Shown in pieces: positions 61,722 to 64,000 of a stretch of 64,000 nucleotides of DNA. The stretch is from Candidatus Gastranaerophilales bacterium (lineage in GTDB: Bacteria; Cyanobacteriota; Vampirovibrionia; Gastranaerophilales; Gastranaerophilaceae), in NCBI GenBank assembly GCA_944325075.1, contig CALUYU010000002.1, positions 6,970 through 70,969 on the forward strand, read 5' to 3'. Both the position numbers and the translations under genes were made by a program. Below the pieces are notes generated by a model. The model saw only the letters and a list, made by a program, of their open reading frames with translations. It ran no database searches and was not told the DNA's origin. How positions within the stretch are numbered: the first letter of the stretch is position 1; each line of letters starts with the position of its first letter.

Positions 61722-64000
61722 CTAATCCAGATTAACCGGTTCACGTTGAATTTTATCAATCGCCTCCCGCGCGGTAAAGACAAGCGCCTCAGGAACATTT
61801 GATATAGTGGTAAATTGTCTTAGTATATCAACGACCCGCTTAAATGCACGGACTATATCCCCTTCTCCCATGTCAATCTGACCTGTAATGTCCTCCCATT
61901 CAGAACCCTCAACCCAAAGCTCTATAAGAGAGCTAAAATACGGGTTTATATAGCAAGGTGCCTCAACCAAATAATGATTTTGAACTCTTTCTATCTTTCG
62001 TCTTATATTCCTAAGCTGGTTCAAAGTTTTTCGTACCGGTTCTGAAAAAGGAATATACGGGATATCAACTCTTAAGTCCTCTGTTGCAACAGCACAAATC
62101 ACGGCCGCAAGCTGAGCCGGCGTTAAATTTTCAAGTATATGAGATTTAATTATCTCTGCAATATATAATTCGTTTTCTGAGCGTATTTGCGCGGTCATTA
62201 TGCCGTCTTCAGTCGGATAATCATCAACTATATACCCAAACTCATATAAAACACTTCTGTGAGCCAGAAACTTATTCCAAAATATATCACGCTGCCGTTC
62301 AATTTCTTTTTCAAGTTTTTGTTTTCTGACAACAATCCGCTCTATTACCTCAAGATTTTTAGTGTGTTTTTTATACAGCTTGCAGCTGTCGCAAGGTGAG
62401 TTATGCATTTGGGCAAGAAGTGCCTTCGTCTCTTTCCCAAACTGAACAGCCTCCGGCGGTAATGGTCTATTTTTGCTTTTTTCCTGTTTACATATCTTTT
62501 TATAAGTATGGCGGTTTTGGACATATAGATTTCTAATTTTGTCATACGCATGCAGATCGTAATCAGACTGTTTATGCGGACACGCAAACTCTCTTTCAGC
62601 CATTTCGTTTTCATAACTTTCTTTTAATGCGAAAAGCGGCTGGAGACGCGTACCTGATGAAAAGTAGCCAAAACTTTTTAATATAAGTTCTTTAGCTTCA
62701 TCAAGTGAAAATCTTTGCAGTAAATTTAAAACCATTGAATAGCTAGGAGAAAAGCGGCTTTCAAGCGGATTTGCATCACTTAAAACAAGATTTGCAACCT
62801 CTTCTGGAGTTTGAAACATTGTCCCTACAATAGTTACATAACCGACTTCATCCATACCGCGGCGGCCTGCCCGGCCGGACATCTGTAAAAATTCATTTGC
62901 AGTCAGCATTCTATGCCCGCTGTCTGTACGCTTGCTTGTAGAACTGATAACTGTTGAACGGGCCGGCATATTTATTCCGGCAGCAAGTGTTTCTGTCGCA
63001 AATACTACCTTGATCAAGCCTTGCTGAAACAATTTTTCAACAAGATTTTTCCACGCAGGCAAAAGTCCCGCGTGGTGTGATGCAACCCCTTGCATCAGGT
63101 AATCAATGTGTCTGTTATTATACAAATGCGGATTTTCTGCAATATAGCTATCTATAAATTCCTTGATTCTACGCTGTTCATCACGTGTTACCAAATCAAG
63201 CTCAGCGCATTTTTCCATCTGCTCATCACACTTTTTCCTTGAAAAAGTAAAATATATAGCCGGAAGCATGTTCTGCTCTGCCAGGTTTCTAACAATATCT
63301 TTAACATAAGATCTCTGTTTTTTTCTCTTTGGCCCCCATACTCGTTTTTCAGGTTTAATTTTTTTATTTAGCTGGCCGGTCGGAGTGAAAAGCGGAAGCA
63401 ATTTATCAGGCTGAGAGCTGTCAAAATAGAAAAATTTTAGCGGAACCGGTCTAAAATCCGTATCTACAAGTTTTGTTTTGGAATGAACAGTGTTTATCCA
63501 TTCTGTAAGTTCCGCGGCATTTGCAACTGTAGCTGAAAGCGCTATTATTTGCACATTAGTCGGGCAATATATAATACTTTCTTCCCAAACCGTGCCTCTT
63601 TGCTCATCATTCATATAATGAACTTCATCCAGAACAACATAGCGCACATCCTTTAAATTATCTGCAACTGCCCCGAAATTTGTGCCGTATAGCATATTTC
63701 TGAAAACTTCAGTTGTCATAACAACAATCTGAGCACTTCTGTTTATTGATGTGTCGCCGGTAAGCAGACCAACTTTATCGGCGCCGTATTTTTCGCTAAA
63801 ATCGTAATACTTTTGATTTGATAATGCTTTAAGCGGTGTTGTATAAAATATCCGGCAATTATTCTCCAAGGCTTTATGGATTGCATGCTGGGCTATAACA
63901 GTTTTGCCGGCTCCCGTCGGCGCACAGACGACAACGCTTTCGCCATTATCGATATATTCACATGCTTCTTTCTGAAAATCATCCAGCTCAAACGGGAATT
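61722..64000 (-). CDS. Ski2-like (HelY-type) DExH-box helicase, N-terminus beyond the right window edge
   Basis: The frame stays open upstream of the track start to 64000 (FPFELDDFQKEACEYIDNGESVVVCAPTGAGKTVIAQ). DEVH box, SAT, QMSGRAGRRG. C-terminal DSHCT-like block W..GSEWEDI....GEGDIVRAFKR. Confidence 0.85.
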   Translation of the reverse strand, partial: FPFELDDFQKEACEYIDNGESVVVCAPTGAGKTVIAQHAIHKALENNCRIFYTTPLKALSNQKYYDFSEKYGADKVGLLTGDTSINRSAQIVVMTTEVFRNMLYGTNFGAVADNLKDVRYVVLDEVHYMNDEQRGTVWEESIIYCPTNVQIIALSATVANAAELTEWINTVHSKTKLVDTDFRPVPLKFFYFDSSQPDKLLPLFTPTGQLNKKIKPEKRVWGPKRKKQRSYVKDIVRNLAEQNMLPAIYFTFSRKKCDEQMEKCAELDLVTRDEQRRIKEFIDSYIAENPHLYNNRHIDYLMQGVASHHAGLLPAWKNLVEKLFQQGLIKVVFATETLAAGINMPARSTVISSTSKRTDSGHRMLTANEFLQMSGRAGRRGMDEVGYVTIVGTMFQTPEEVANLVLSDANPLESRFSPSYSMVLNLLQRFSLDEAKELILKSFGYFSSGTRLQPLFALKESYENEMAEREFACPHKQSDYDLHAYDKIRNLYVQNRHTYKKICKQEKSKNRPLPPEAVQFGKETKALLAQMHNSPCDSCKLYKKHTKNLEVIERIVVRKQKLEKEIERQRDIFWNKFLAHRSVLYEFGYIVDDYPTEDGIMTAQIRSENELYIAEIIKSHILENLTPAQLAAVICAVATEDLRVDIPYIPFSEPVRKTLNQLRNIRRKIERVQNHYLVEAPCYINPYFSSLIELWVEGSEWEDITGQIDMGEGDIVRAFKRVVDILRQFTTISNVPEALVFTAREAIDKIQREPVNLD

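Noticed and set aside
61715-61798. Apparent 77-nt overlap between the glycosyltransferase ORF and the helicase gene
   Set aside because: It is an artefact of the longest-ORF start. An internal ATG at 61714, 7 nt after the helicase stop, gives MQKKEVII... and removes the overlap.
1-64000. CRISPR arrays, IS elements, integrases, prophage genes and rRNA
   Set aside because: No repeat-spacer periodicity, transposase or integrase motifs, phage structural genes or rRNA signatures were seen on either strand.

Overview
AT-rich (about one-third G+C by eye, not computed), gene-dense bacterial chromosome segment with about 60 protein genes, 2 tRNAs and 1 SRP RNA. I saw no rRNA, CRISPR array, transposase or integrase. 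Housekeeping genes dominate: eda-kdgK-csaB, rsfS, rpmE, thyX, oppDF-type ATPases, smpB, accD-accA-prmA, kdsB, ribD, nadD-yqeK, thrB, a phosphohexomutase and a Ski2-like helicase. Several markers together suggest a non-photosynthetic, fermentative, flagellated relative of Cyanobacteria (Melainabacteria/Vampirovibrionia-like). These are an RpaB/Ycf27-like regulator, CsaB, a possible Tic20-like protein, KdsB, flhB plus a fliA-type sigma factor, and HydG; this placement is inference only. The most interesting item is an unrecognised protein family with three dispersed copies. It has conserved helical N- and C-termini and a hugely variable core, and an identical 18-nt element lies upstream of two copies. 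Other items: a G10 tract that puts a pilin-like gene out of frame with its only good RBS/ATG; seven genes with a -10 hexamer exactly 6 nt before the ATG and no Shine-Dalgarno (candidate leaderless mRNAs); a perfect 137-bp tandem duplication next to tRNA-His followed by a HEPN/MNT pair and AT-rich orphans; a HerA-like protein with a destroyed Walker A, a long acidic tract and a PcrA/UvrD-Tudor-like tail; and a long-form SRP RNA. All functional calls rest on motifs read by eye, and no database search was possible.
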